From Raja brachyura (Eukaryota): a stretch of 64,000 nucleotides of DNA. Made by a program: the position numbers and the translations under genes. The DNA is taken from the NCBI GenBank assembly GCA_963514005.1, contig OY740805.1:42098001-42162000 (forward strand), read 5' to 3'. The number at the start of each line of letters is the position of its first letter. The stretch's first letter is position 1. Positions 1 to 11,393 of the stretch are shown piece by piece. The notes under the pieces are model-generated. The model worked only from the letters and a program-made list of their open reading frames with translations, was not told the DNA's origin and did not search any database.

Positions 1-300
1 TTCCGGCGGCGGTGGCGGCCCAGCTCAGTCCCGGAGCGGTTCCGGCAGCGGTGGCGGCCCAGCTCGGTCCCAGAGCGGTTCCAGCAGCAGCAGCGGCAGC
101 AGCAGCCCTGATCCGTCCCAGGGCGGTTCCAACAACGGCGGCGGCGGCAGCAGCGGCCCGGCTCGGTCCCAGGGCGGTTCCAGCAACAGCGGCGGCAGCA
201 GCGGCCCGGCTCGGTCCCGGGGCGGTTCCAGCAACAGCGGCGGCGGCGACGACCTGACTCGGTCCCGGAGCGGTGGCGGCAGCAGTGGCAGCGGCCTGAC
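1..300. repeat. GC-rich minisatellite (about 36-42 bp unit, cccggctcggtcccagggcggttccagcaacagcggcggcagcagcgg-like)
   Basis: About 7 visible tandem copies; the Ala/Pro-rich ORFs 12..257 and 25..309 just reflect the repeat. Confidence 0.85.
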
Positions 301-379
301 CGCGACCAAGGGCCCAGTGGAATACCATCACCCGGTGGGGTCACACTGAGGCCTGGATCGCCTCGGTGCAGAGGGAAAC

Positions 380-590
380 AAAGAGGGAAGAGACAGAGAC
401 TTTAAGACTTTGCCTTCCATCACAGTGGGGAGATGTTTGGTGAACTCACTGTGGTGGATGTTGGGTTTGTGTTTGTTGTGTGTTCTGTCATTTTTAAAAG
501 GATTGTATGTATGACTGCAGGGGAACGATGTTTCGTTCAGACCAAAAGGTCTGAATGACAAATAAAGAATCTAATCTAATCTAATCTAAT
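380..590 (+). mobile_element. 3' end of a Rex1/Babar-type non-LTR element (or derived SINE), truncating the DIRS element
   Basis: Terminal stem-loop ttcagacc-aaaa-ggtctgaa, then acaaataaa and an (ATCTA)n tail; same 3' architecture as 53250-53300. Confidence 0.55.
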
Positions 591-592
591 GC

Positions 593-1640
593 TTACCCAC
601 CATTGTAGCTCAATTTTAGCCTTGATTTTAGCAGCTGCATAGGTCTGTCAAAGTGTCCAGCATTTGCTTTTAATGCTGAAATTTTTGCTCTTTGCAAATT
701 TTGATAATGTAATGGGCCAAATTGCGCAGCTGGAAATGTAGCTACAAGTTTCCCAATTACCTTAGCAGCGTGTCTGATATTCTGTACCCTGGCGCAAGGA
801 AGGCGGTTACATGCCTCTTTTATATCTATTGCTTTGCTGGCTGGGATAGTGACAATCATTTGATTGGTGTTAATAGTGAATCCCAGGTAGTCCATGACCA
901 TAGACGGGTTGAAGTTAGATTTGTCTGGATGGATAACAAACCCTAGTTTCTCGAATAACGTTTTGGTGGCTGTTACTGCTAGTTCAGCTAGTTCCAGGGT
1001 TTTCCCCGCAATTAAGATATCGCCTAAATATGCCATGACTATATAATTACGTTGTCTAAGGGATGCCAATATTGGTTTTAATTTTTTTGTAAATAACCTA
1101 GGGGCTGTGGTAAGTCCATTGGGTAGGGCTTTGTATTGCCACAGTTGCCCATCCAGACAAATTTTAAGCATTTCCGGTGGTGTTCTTTTATAGGTACTGG
1201 ATAGTATGCATCTTTTAAATCGATGCAGGCCATAAAGTACCCTCGGGAAATCAGCAGTTTAGCCGTTTCAAATGTCTCCATCTTGAAATGGGTATATTGT
1301 ACAAAAGTATTTAAATGGGTTAGATCAATGATAATCCGGCATCTACCATCTTTTTTGGTTTTTGTAAAGATGTTGGACACAAATTCAAAAGGTCAATGTG
1401 TCGTTTTCTCTATTATCCCTCTGGCAGATAGCCTTAATATTTCCGCAAGTCCTTCCTCTTTCTCTTTTTCGAGAGAGTGCAAGTTTGCGGCCAGGTACAT
1501 GTTGAGTTGGGGGAAGACGCCCATTGATAAATTCTATCTCGTAACCCTGAAGACTTTGTAGAATAAAGTATCCGAAGTTATAGCACCCCATGCATCCCAG
1601 AATGCACGCAACCTTCCTCCTACTTGTGAGGTTATGCATG
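593..1640 (-). pseudogene. DIRS reverse transcriptase, frameshifted, YLDD changed to YLGD
   Basis: RT motifs split over 3-4 frames. Confidence 0.85.
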
Positions 1641-2087
1641 CAGCTTTCTTGAAAGAACCAGACCCCCTTACCTCCATGGCTACCGGTGGGGCTTGGTGTT
1701 CTGGGATTTTGGTGGACGTTGTGTTGCTGGGGTGGGGTTTTGGCGCATCTTCCATGCTGGCCTCTGTTGGCCCTGCCCTAAAGAAGGCTTCTGCTGATGG
1801 GGAGCGGTCGGTGGGTAAGCTCTCGGTGCCCTATCCGGTTGTCCCCGAGGCTTGGAGTTAGGGTACGGATGGTGTCTCCGGTACGCCTGTGGCGTGGTTG
1901 ACGACGGAGGTTTCGTCAGTTCGACTGCTTTGGCCTCCTCATCCAACTCTTTGACCTGTTTAGGTAGGTCCTCCCCGAACAGCTGCCTGGGCGGTGGTGT
2001 GGTAGAGGCTTTGCACAACCCTGCAAATTTCGGCTTGAGTGTGGGCCGGATGGAGCTTTTCCTGAAACAATTAATTTCAAATTGCGT

Positions 2088-3390
2088 TCAAGAAGGAACT
2101 GCAGATGCTGGAGAATCGAGAAACTCAGCGGGTGCAGTAGCATCGAAGGCGCGATGGAGATAGGCGACGTTTCGGGTCGAGACCCTTCTTCAGACTGGTC
2201 AGGGATCAGGGAAACGAGAGATATAGACGGTGATGTGGAGAGATAAAGAACAATGAATGAAAGATATGCAAAAAAGTATTGATGATAAAGGAAACAGGCC
2301 ATTGTAAGCTGTTTGTAGTGTGAAAATGAGAAGCTAGTGCGACTTGGGTGGGGAGATAGGGAGAGAGGGAATGCCAGGGCCCGAGGGCTGAGGGAGAGGT
2401 GGCGAAGGGGAGGAGGCAGCCTGGGTTAACAGAATTGAGAAAATTAAATGTTTAAGCCCAGAGGATGCAGACTCCCCAAGCGGAATATGAGGTGCTGTTC
2501 CTCCAACTTGCGGTGTTGCTCACTCTGGCCGTGGAGGAGGCCCAGGACCGAGAGGTCGGATACGGAATGGGAGGGGGAGTTGAAGTGCTGAGCCACCGGG
2601 AGGTCGGGTTGGTTATTGCGGACCGAGCGGAGGTGTTCGGCGAAACGATCGGCCAGCCTCCGCTTGGTCTCACCGATGTAGATCAGCTGGCATCTGGAGC
2701 AACGGATGCAGTAGATGAGGTTGGAGGAGGTGCAGGTGAACCTCTGTTGGACTTGGAAGGACTGCTTGGGTCCCTGAAAGGAGTGGATGGAGGAGGTGAA
2801 GGGACAAGTGTAGCATCTCTTGTGGTTGCAAGGGAAAGTGCCCGGGGAAGGGGTGGAGCGGGAGGGAAGGGAAGAATTGACAAGGGAGTTGCGGAGGGAG
2901 CGGTCTTTGTGGAAGGCAGACAGGCGGGCAGATGGGAAGATGTGGCGAGTGGAGGGGTCACGTTGGAGGTGGCGAAACTGGCGGAGGACTATCTGTTGTA
3001 TGTGCCGGCTGGTGGGGTGAAAGGTGAGGACCAGGGGGACTCGGCCCTTGTTGTGAGTGGAGGAATAGGGAGAGAGGGCAGTGTTGCGGGGTATGGAGGA
3101 GACCCTGGTGCGAGCCTCTTCTATAGTGGGGGAGGGGAAACCCCGTTCTCTGAAGAACGAGGATATTTGTGATGACCTGGTGTGGAACACCTCAATCTGG
3201 GAGCAGATGCGGCGTAGACGGAGGAATTGGGAATAGGGGATGGAGTCCTAACAGGAAGCAGGGTGGGAGGAAGAGTAGTCCAGGTAGCTGTGGGAGTCAG
3301 TTGGTTTGTAGTGGATGTCGGTCAGTAGTGTATCAACTGCAATAGAGATGGTGAGGTCAAGGAATGGTAGGGAAATGTCGGAAATGGTCC
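2088..3390 (-). mobile_element. 5'-truncated Penelope-like element (RT C-terminus + GIY-YIG endonuclease + 3' repeat)
   Basis: ORF 2444..3190 with LIYCIRC..IYIGETKR GIY-YIG signature; exact 14-bp TSD atttcaaattgcgt at 2074-2087 and 3391-3404. Confidence 0.92.
2166..2193 (-). ncRNA. Minimal hammerhead ribozyme motif of the Penelope-like element
   Basis: Minus strand reads CTGAAGA-A-GGGTC TC GACCC-GAAAC-GTC: CUGANGA box, 5-bp helix II, GAAA box, palindromic ACGU helix III remnant, GUC cleavage triplet. Confidence 0.7.
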
Positions 3391-4648
3391 ATTTCAAATT
3401 GCGTATTGCATAACAGAGCCAGAGCATCTTGTTGTTCCTCTGTTATATCGGTCCCGTCCAGGGTTCTGGCGAATGCCGTAATGCCTGAAGTCAACAGCTG
3501 TAAGATTTTCTGTCTCTTCAGCTCCTGGGCCCTGGTTCCGGGACTGATGTTCCCCCAGATGGGCATGTTGACTGTTGGGACATTCAGGGTTACACAATTT
3601 CCTGGGGCTTTATATTTCTCCATAGCCTCCGTCAACACCTGTTCCTGCAGCTGGTGGGTTGTGAGAACATTTATACTTGCCGCTAGTTTGGGTTGAAGCG
3701 GTTTTCCTGAATGTCCAGGCTTTGTAAATTTGGAGACCACCTCAAATAGCTCTTCCTGTGGAACTATTGGCGCAGTGGCCTCTTCTACTGTTGGCTCCTG
3801 CCCAACCCCTCATCGAAGTCAGCTAACCACTGACTTCTGGCGCTGCCGGCGGATGAGGGAGAAATACTTGTCGGACCCACAGCAAGACTCCTGGATCGCT
3901 GGGATCCCCGCTCTTGATGTTACAGGTCTCTTTGGAGTGGCTGCTCTACCATTCGCTCCTTCCTGGCCATGCGACCGCCGCCGCAATAAGCGGACGACAA
4001 GTCGGCTTCCCCAGGTTCTTCATGCTGGGGAAGCCGACTTGGGGCTTCTACCAACGGACGAGGTGATGTCTAGGGTGCATTGGCAGGTAGTCGCTGCCTG
4101 CCGCTCCTGCGGGGCCGCACGACTCCCGCGTGGACTTGCCGCAAGTCCGCCGTCTTCCGGAGTGTAGCGGCCCGCCTGTCTGGTTAGACAGAAGCGGAGA
4201 TGAGTCGGTGCCGGCCGCCGCAGCGGGGCTCCCCGGCATCCGCGCGGGCTTACCGCCACCCCCGGTTACACGGGTCTGTGACGGCGCATGGTCGCTGGCT
4301 GCCGCCTCAGCGGGGCCGCACGACCGAAATCCGCTGCCACCGGCCTGCACTCCGGCAGCCTGTCCCGGTGGTGAGCCGGTACCTCCTGCTCCTGCGGGGC
4401 TGCCCGACTTCCCAGCAGATCCATCACCGGTCCGCAATCTAGCAGGTTACCCCCGGCGGCCTGTCGATGCCGTCCGCTGCAGCGGGGCTCGATCTGGACG
4501 CAGCTTTCCCCCTGGTCCGCCCTCTGGGTACCTGCAAAACAGGGGAAACAGAACGCGCCGCTGTCCGTGGCACGTTTTTACCTACCTGTTTGCCGCTAGC
4601 CCTGACTTTGGGCGATGGCGGCATGAAGTCAGGGTCTATACTACCCTG

Positions 4649-6435
4649 AATACACAAAAGGCCGGAGAAACTCAGCGGGTGCAGCAGCATCTAAGGAGCG
4701 AAGGAGATAGGCGACGTTTCGGGTCGAGACCCTTCTTCAGACTGGTCAGGGATCAGGGAAACGAGAGATATAGACGGTGATGTGGAGAGATAAAGAACAA
4801 TGAATGAAAGATATGCAAAAAAGTATCGATGATAAAGGAAACAGGCCATTGTAAGCTGTTTGTAGTGTGAAAATGAGAAGCTAGTGCGACTTGGGTGGGG
4901 GAGAGATAGAGATAGAGAGAGAGGGAATGCCAGGGCCCGAGGGCTGAGGGAGAGGTGGGAAGGGGAGGAGACAGCAAGGGTTAACAGAATTGAGAAAATT
5001 CAATGTTTAAGCCCAGAGGATGCAGACTCCCCAAGCGGAATATGAGGTGCTGTTCCTCCAACTTGCGGTGTTGCTCACTCTGGCCGTGGAGGAGGCCCAG
5101 GACCGAGAGGTCGGATACGGAATGGGAGGGGCAGTTGAAGTGCTTAGCCACCGGGAGGTCGGGTTGGTTATTGCGGACCGAGCGGAGGTGTTCGGCGAAA
5201 CGATCGCCAAGCCTCCGCTTGGTCTCACCGATATAGATCAGCCGGCATCTGGAGCAACGGATGCAGTAGATGAGGTTGGAGGAGGTGCAGGTGAACCTCT
5301 GTCGGACCTGGAAGGACTGCTTTGGTCCCTGAAATGAGTGGAGGGGGGAGGTGAAGGGACAAGTGTAGCATCTCTTGCGGTTGCAAGGGAAAGTGCCCGG
5401 GGAAGGGGTGGATTGGGAAGGAAGGGAAGAATTGACAAGGGAGCTACGGAGGGAGCGGTCTTTGCGGAAGGCAGATGGAGGGAGATGGGAAGATGTGGCG
5501 AGTGGAGGGGTCACGTTGGAGGTGGCGAAACTGGCGGAGGACTATGTGTTGTATGTGCCGGCTGGTGGGGTGAAAGGTGAGGACCAGGGGGACTCGGCCC
5601 TTGTTGTGAGTGGGGGAATGGGGAGAGAGGGCGGTGTTGCGGGGTATGGAGGAGACCCTGGTGCGAGCCTCATCTATAGTGGGGGAGGGGAAACCCCGTT
5701 CTCTGAAGAACGAGGACATTTGTGATGACCTGGTGTGGAATACCTCATCCTGGGAGCAGATGCGGCGTAGACGGAGGGATTGGGAATAGGGGATGGAGTC
5801 CTTACAGAAAGCAGGGTGGGAGGAAGAGTAGTCCAGGTAGCTGTGGGAGTCAGTTGGTTTGTATTGGATGTCGGTCAGGAGTGTATCACCTGCAATAGAG
5901 ATGGTGAGGTCAAGGAATGGTAGGGAAATGTCGGAAATGGTCCAAGTGTATTTGAGTGCCGCATGGAAGTTGGTGGTGAAATGGATGAAGTCAGTCAGTT
6001 GTGTGTGGGTGCAGGAGGTGACACCAAAGCAGTTGTCAATGTAACGGAGGTAGAGGTCTGGGATGGGGCCCTGGTACGCCGAGAACAAGGATTGTTCAAC
6101 CTGCCCCACAAAGAGGCAGGCGTAGCTAGGGCCCATGCGTGTGCCCATAGCTACACCTTGTGTTTGGAGGAAATGGGAGGAGTCAAAAGAGAAGTTGTTG
6201 AGGGTAAGGACCAACTCCGCTAGGCGGACGAGGGTGTCAGTGGACGGGTATGGGTTGCTCCTCTGGTCGAGGAAGTACCGGAGGGCTTTGAGACCATCCT
6301 GGTGGGGGATGGAGGTGTGGAGTGACCGGACGTCCATGTGACTGGACGCTGCTTAGATGCTGCTGCGCCCGCTGAGTTTCTCCAGCCTTTTGTGTACCCT
6401 CGATTTTCCAGCATCTGCAGTTCCTTCTTTAACAC
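4649..6435 (-). mobile_element. Penelope-like element (RT + GIY-YIG, one frameshift) with an inverted copy of its 3' repeat at the 5' end
   Basis: ORF 5444..6337 (QGVAMGTRMGPSYA, LRYIDN) and 4981..5514 (GIY-YIG); 6353-6435 is an inverted 3' repeat; TSD tctatactaccctg 4635-4648 vs tccatactaccctg 6436-6449 (13/14). Confidence 0.92.
4713..4740 (-). ncRNA. Minimal hammerhead ribozyme motif
   Basis: Core identical to 2166-2193. Confidence 0.7.
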
Positions 6436-6787
6436 TCCATACTACCCTGCTCCTGCGCAGTGCTCCGACCACCATTCAGCTCCATGCCCTGCTGTGGTGG
6501 AGAGTCGGGCCCAGCCAACTCCGCAGGGCTGCCCAACTTCCGCGGCTTTTTCCCCGCCCGCAGAGCGGGTGCTGCCGGTGCTGCGGGCAGCTCCGAGGAT
6601 ATCGGCCGCTGACTTCCCTCCGAAGTCCCGCGGCTCTTGGAAGCTTTCGCCTTCCCTTTTTTCTCCATCGCACCTGTAAGTAGAATAACTAAGCTTACAG
6701 GGACAACCAGCTCAAGGTTAGTAAAACTTACCCTAGAGCTTCTTTTGAAGGTGCCGTTGGGGAAGAGCACTCCCTCCCCCAGCTGTC

Positions 6788-6959
6788 TGTCGCGTTTGTT
6801 AGTATAATAAGGCTCGTACCACGACGTAAACAGAGTATATCTTTAATTAGCAACTCTGTACAGCAGCCGCCTGCTTGTGTGCTTGCCCGGCAACTCCCTA
6901 ACTGCCACACCCCCGGGTTCCCACGTCACCTCCGGCCACTGCATTCCCATAATACCACA
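6788..6959 (-). repeat. Gypsy 3' LTR
   Basis: Direct repeat of 11222-11393; preceded on the minus strand by the purine tract caaagaaagggaga (6960-6973). Confidence 0.97.
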
Positions 6960-7186
6960 TCTCCCTTTCTTTGAGAACAAAGGGTGGACTACCTTTGTCT
7001 CTGCAGGTCTTAAGGGGTTTATTCTGCCCTTTTGCTGGAAGACCTGTCCTTGATTCAAGCATGCAAAGTAGAAATAAAATAACTTCTGCATTACCATACT
7101 GTGAACTATTACTTTAGCAGGCTGTGTTCTTCAAAACTTAAACTCTCTGGTTTCAGGTAAATGTACCAGGTTTACAGAACAATAAA

Positions 7187-10100
7187 TCACAAATCAAGTC
7201 TCTTCGGCTTTCTAACTTCTCTCCCACACCTGGTCCGCACAGTCTCTGTGGTGGGGCCCTCTCTGGTGGGTGATGTTGTCACTGATGGAGCTGGCTCTGG
7301 TGGAGCTGGCTCTGGTGGAGCTGGCTCTTCTCCCACCGGTGGCTCATCAGCGTCGACTACCCCACTGTTGGTCTGCAGCGACACCAAGTGCTGCCGGTTC
7401 CTCCTCAGTGTGCCCTGCGGCACCTGGACGATATAGGAGCGAGGGGTATTGTGTGTAGATAGCACTTTGCCCTGGACCCGTGCATCGGTGATCCACACCT
7501 CCTCCCCAGGTACTAGTGGCTCCAGATTTCTCACTCCGTGCCTCTTGTCGAAGGATCTTGCGTCGTACCACCTCTTCTCCCTTTCTTTGGCCCGCAGCGC
7601 GTTGTAGTCAGGCAAAACTGGATTCAGCAGGGTTGGAAGGGCAGGAACAGTAGTGCGGAGGCGGCGCCCCATCAACAGCTCGGCCGGGCTATAGCCGTTC
7701 TGTAGAGGGGTTGCTCTGTAGGCCAGCAATGCAAGATATGGGTCTGACGCCTTTGTTAGCAGGTTTTTCACGGTTTGTACAGCGCGTTCCGCCTCACCAT
7801 TGCTTTGAGGAAACCTGGGGCTGCTCGTGATGTGCACAAAGCCATACTCTGCTGCAAAGGCTTTAAAGTGGCTACCTGAGAACTGGGGCCCATTGTCACT
7901 TTTAAGAACTTCACCAATTCCATGACGAGAAAACATGGATTTCAGGTGTACCACCACATCTGTGGACCTTGTGGGTGACAGCAGAGCAACTTCCACATAC
8001 CTGGAGAAATAATCTACTACTAGTAGATAAGTCTTGCCTTTCAGCGTGAATAGGTCAGCTCCCAAAGTTTGCCAAGGCCTGTCTGGCATCTCCGTTGGCA
8101 TCAGCGGCTCTTTGACATTCCTTCTCTCTTGGATGCAGGTTCTACATTTCAGCACCATATCATTCAGCTGGCTGCTGAGTCCTGGCCACCATACCGTCTG
8201 TTTGGCCCGGCCCCTGCACTTTGTTACCCCCAGGTGTCCCTCATGTAGTCTCTGCAGCACATTACCTTGTAAGGCTGATGGGATGACGAGCCTCGTGCCC
8301 CGCAGCAGCAGCCCATCGTGCACAGTCAGCACTGCTCTATCAGCCCAGTAATGTCTCAGCACTCCCTGCAGTTGGCTTTTGTCGGGCCAGCCGTCTGTGC
8401 AGTACTCCATCAGTGCAGAGCATGTGCTGTCTGCCCGCAGGTGCTCACGTAGGCTGCTCAGATAATCTCCACTGACAGGAATGTTGCTGATGACAGAGTC
8501 TACATAGATGTTGGTGTCCTCTAATAGGCTTGTGTCTGTGTGTGTTCTTGCGGCTCTCAGAGGAGCACGCGATAGGGTGTCGGCTGTCCCCATGCTTTTG
8601 CCAGGGACATGATTGACTGTATAGTTGTACCTCATGAGTCTCATCCTAAATCTTTGGACTCTTGGTGGGAGGTCATCCAAAGCTTTCCCTCCCAGCAGAC
8701 TCACCAACGGCTTGTGGTCAGTTTCCAGCTCGAATGGTCTTCCCAGGATGAAACAGCTGAACCTTTTACATGCCCACGTCGCAGCCAATGCCTCCTTCTC
8801 TACTTGAGCATAACGCTGCTCTGTTGGTGTCATTGACCTGGACGCATATGCCACAGGTGACCATATGGCATCGCTTTTCTGCAGCAGGACTGCCCCCAGG
8901 CCAAAGGAAGAAGCATCAGCAGAGATCTTTAGAGCACTGTTTGGGTTGTATAATGTGAGTACCGGTGTGGATGACAGCTCTGTTTTTAACTGATCAAAGG
9001 CGGCCTGCTGCTCTGTCCCCCAGTACCAGTGGTTCTTCTTGGACAGCAGGTCTCGTAGCACTTTGTCTTTTTCAGCCAGGTTAGGCAAGAAGCGACCCAG
9101 CTGATTGACCATGCCCAGAAAACTCCTGAGTTCGCTGACATTTTTGGGTGCATCCATTTCTTGTACTGCTCTCGTCTTCTCTGGATCTGGCTTCACTCCA
9201 TCTGCTGAAATCACATGACCCAGGAATCTGACTGTGTGGCGTGTGAGCTCACATTTGTCCATGTTGAGCGTAATGCCGGCCTTATATGCCTTCTCTAGCA
9301 CCGCATGCAACCGCACATCATGCTCCTCCTGCGTCTGTCCCCAGACCAGGATGTCATCCATGTGACACAGTACCCCCTCCAGGCCACCGGTCACTTCTGT
9401 CATCATCATCCTTTGAAAGTGCTCGGGGGCTGATGCTATGCCAAAGGGTAGACGATTAAAATAGTAGCGCCCAAAAGGCGTGATGAAGGTGGTGTATTTG
9501 GCAGACTCTTTTGTCAATGGTACTTGCCAAAAGCCCATGTTGGCATGTAATTTGCTGAATACTGTTGCGCCAGCTAGCATGCCCAGAGTGTGCTCGACAG
9601 AAGGCAGGATAAACTTTTCTCTGCATACTGATCCATTCATCATCGTGAAGTCCACACAAATGCGAACATCACCTGTTTTCTTCGGCACCACCACCATCCC
9701 GGCACACCAATCAGTTGGCTCCTCAATCTTGGTGATTACGCCCATCTTCTCCATACGGTCTATCTCCTTCCTCACTTTTCCCATAAGCGGCAGAGGGACT
9801 CTGCGTGGCGTGTGGAGAGAGAAGGGCACAGCCTCTGGCTTAAATTTAATTGAGTATGGCCTCCGAACAAGACCCAAGCCGCTACACAGCTTCGGATATT
9901 GTTGTTTCACTGATTCCACGGTGATGCCGTTAACCCTGCACACAAGCTGAAGCCGTTCTATGGCAGGCCTTCCCAACAGTGCAGTGTGCAGGTCTTTTAC
10001 TACATAAATGTTTTCAATGGTTGTCTTTTTGCCTCTGCGCAGTGTTTCTCTGGCTACACCCAGGACAGAGAGTGCATTGCCCCCTGGCCCAAACAATGGG

Positions 10101-11158
10101 CGTGTCGACACTGCCAGGCGCTTCACATCATGCCCCTCTGTAATGTCATGGTACACCTCGGCTGGCATGGCGGTGACATCAGCACCAGTGTCTATTTTAA
10201 AGCACACTTTCTTTTTTCTCACTTCTAGCTGCACCGTCCACGGGTCTTTTCCAGCATCCACGGCTCCCAGGAAAAAGCTCTCTTCTTCCTCTGTAGTTAC
10301 AGCATTGAGAGATTTTGCACTGTTTCTGCACAGTCTACCATAATGTCCCTTTTTGCCACAGTTGTGACACACAGCATCTTTAGCAGGGCATTCCCATTTC
10401 CCATGCGAGGGCATTTTTCCACATCTATAACAGGCCTTTGAACCAGGCTGAGGCCGTGTATTAAATCTATTTTTGCTTGGTGTTTGTGCTTGTGGCTGAG
10501 GCTTTGAGGGAAATTTGGGTTTTCTGTAGCTTTTAGCATGCACAGCATCAACATTAGAGCACTTGCTAGCACCGCTATTTTCTCCTCTTAAGTCAGACCA
10601 CTGTCGTCTAACATCTGCAGACTGCCTTGTTTTTGTTATTGCAGTTGCCAGGGTTAGGTCTCTGTCTAGCTGTAGTTTTTCTGACAATGAGACGTCTCTC
10701 AGCCCGACCACTAACCTGTCGCGGATCAGCTCGTTCTGTAACTGTCCATAGTTGCAGTGTTCAGCTAATCCGTATAGAGCAGTGATGAAGGAATCCACCG
10801 TTTCTCCTGGCAGTTGCACACGCTGATTGAACTTGGCTCTTTCATAGATTACATTCTTTTTAGGTATAAAAAATGCATCAAAGCCCGCCTTGACATCCGT
10901 GTACTCCCTCCTCTCATCTGCAGTTAGCGTTAGCCCCTTCAGCACATCTTCGGCTTCATCGCCCATGCAATACACTAACGTGTTCACCTGGTTTTCTGCC
11001 GACGTCGCGTTTAAATTGCTTGCAAGCCGAAAGCGGTCGAATCTCCTTATCCAACGCTCCCATTCTTGAGGCTTGGTGAAATCGAATGGCTCTGGAGGTT
11101 GTATGGTGAACGTAGCAGTTGGTGTGGGTTGCGCCATATCTGCAGGCTCGTCTCCCAT
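7187..11158 (-). CDS. Gypsy gag-pol polyprotein (about 1323 aa): gag, 2 zinc knuckles, protease, RT, RNase H, integrase
   Basis: CYRCGK..H..C and CHNCGKKGHYGRLC, DTGAD, LPFG..APEHFQ, HMDD, ADAS/EKEALA/TDH/ADTLSR, HEGH..CRTC, D-D-E (ADLF, SDNG, EAER); first ATG after the PBS is at 11158. Confidence 0.93.
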   Translation of the reverse strand: MGDEPADMAQPTPTATFTIQPPEPFDFTKPQEWERWIRRFDRFRLASNLNATSAENQVNTLVYCMGDEAEDVLKGLTLTADERREYTDVKAGFDAFFIPKKNVIYERAKFNQRVQLPGETVDSFITALYGLAEHCNYGQLQNELIRDRLVVGLRDVSLSEKLQLDRDLTLATAITKTRQSADVRRQWSDLRGENSGASKCSNVDAVHAKSYRKPKFPSKPQPQAQTPSKNRFNTRPQPGSKACYRCGKMPSHGKWECPAKDAVCHNCGKKGHYGRLCRNSAKSLNAVTTEEEESFFLGAVDAGKDPWTVQLEVRKKKVCFKIDTGADVTAMPAEVYHDITEGHDVKRLAVSTRPLFGPGGNALSVLGVARETLRRGKKTTIENIYVVKDLHTALLGRPAIERLQLVCRVNGITVESVKQQYPKLCSGLGLVRRPYSIKFKPEAVPFSLHTPRRVPLPLMGKVRKEIDRMEKMGVITKIEEPTDWCAGMVVVPKKTGDVRICVDFTMMNGSVCREKFILPSVEHTLGMLAGATVFSKLHANMGFWQVPLTKESAKYTTFITPFGRYYFNRLPFGIASAPEHFQRMMMTEVTGGLEGVLCHMDDILVWGQTQEEHDVRLHAVLEKAYKAGITLNMDKCELTRHTVRFLGHVISADGVKPDPEKTRAVQEMDAPKNVSELRSFLGMVNQLGRFLPNLAEKDKVLRDLLSKKNHWYWGTEQQAAFDQLKTELSSTPVLTLYNPNSALKISADASSFGLGAVLLQKSDAIWSPVAYASRSMTPTEQRYAQVEKEALAATWACKRFSCFILGRPFELETDHKPLVSLLGGKALDDLPPRVQRFRMRLMRYNYTVNHVPGKSMGTADTLSRAPLRAARTHTDTSLLEDTNIYVDSVISNIPVSGDYLSSLREHLRADSTCSALMEYCTDGWPDKSQLQGVLRHYWADRAVLTVHDGLLLRGTRLVIPSALQGNVLQRLHEGHLGVTKCRGRAKQTVWWPGLSSQLNDMVLKCRTCIQERRNVKEPLMPTEMPDRPWQTLGADLFTLKGKTYLLVVDYFSRYVEVALLSPTRSTDVVVHLKSMFSRHGIGEVLKSDNGPQFSGSHFKAFAAEYGFVHITSSPRFPQSNGEAERAVQTVKNLLTKASDPYLALLAYRATPLQNGYSPAELLMGRRLRTTVPALPTLLNPVLPDYNALRAKEREKRWYDARSFDKRHGVRNLEPLVPGEEVWITDARVQGKVLSTHNTPRSYIVQVPQGTLRRNRQHLVSLQTNSGVVDADEPPVGEEPAPPEPAPPEPAPSVTTSPTREGPTTETVRTRCGREVRKPKRLDL

Positions 11159-11203
11159 GTCGCGCCAAAACGATACCCCTTCCTCTTTTTTTTGCTTACA
11201 AGG

Positions 11204-11221
11204 ATCCCACTTCTGACACCA
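11204..11221 (-). other. Primer-binding site complementary to tRNA-Leu(CAA) 3' end
   Basis: TGGTGTCAGAAGTGGGAT directly after the 5' LTR. Confidence 0.85.
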
Positions 11222-11393
11222 TGTCGCGTTTGTTAGTATAATAAGGCTCGTACCACGACGTAAACAGAGTATATCTTTAATTAGCAACTCTGTACAGCAG
11301 CCGCCTGCTTGTGTGCTTGCCCGGCAACTCCCTAACTGCCACACCCCTGGGTTCCCACGTCACCTCCGGCCACTGCATTCCCATAATACCACA
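11222..11393 (-). repeat. Gypsy 5' LTR
   Basis: Direct repeat of 6788-6959. Confidence 0.97.

Larger units (their letters stand above)
6788..11393 (-). mobile_element. Full-length Ty3/Gypsy LTR retrotransposon
   Basis: TG...CA LTRs 6788-6959 and 11222-11393 (172 bp, 1 mismatch), TSD ctgtc at 6783-6787 and 11394-11398, PBS, PPT and single gag-pol ORF. Confidence 0.97.

Noticed and set aside
12-309. Ala-rich / Pro-Leu-rich proteins
   Set aside because: Translations of a GC-rich minisatellite
2465-5725. Long + strand ORFs opposite the Penelope and DIRS ORFs (e.g. 2465..3172, 4130..4780)
   Set aside because: Antisense shadows of GC-rich TE coding sequence with no recognisable domains
11159-11344. 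N-terminal 62 aa of the 1385-aa ORF
   Set aside because: Starts at a non-ATG codon inside the LTR and crosses the PBS; the same peptide appears in the other LTR (ORF 6728..6910)
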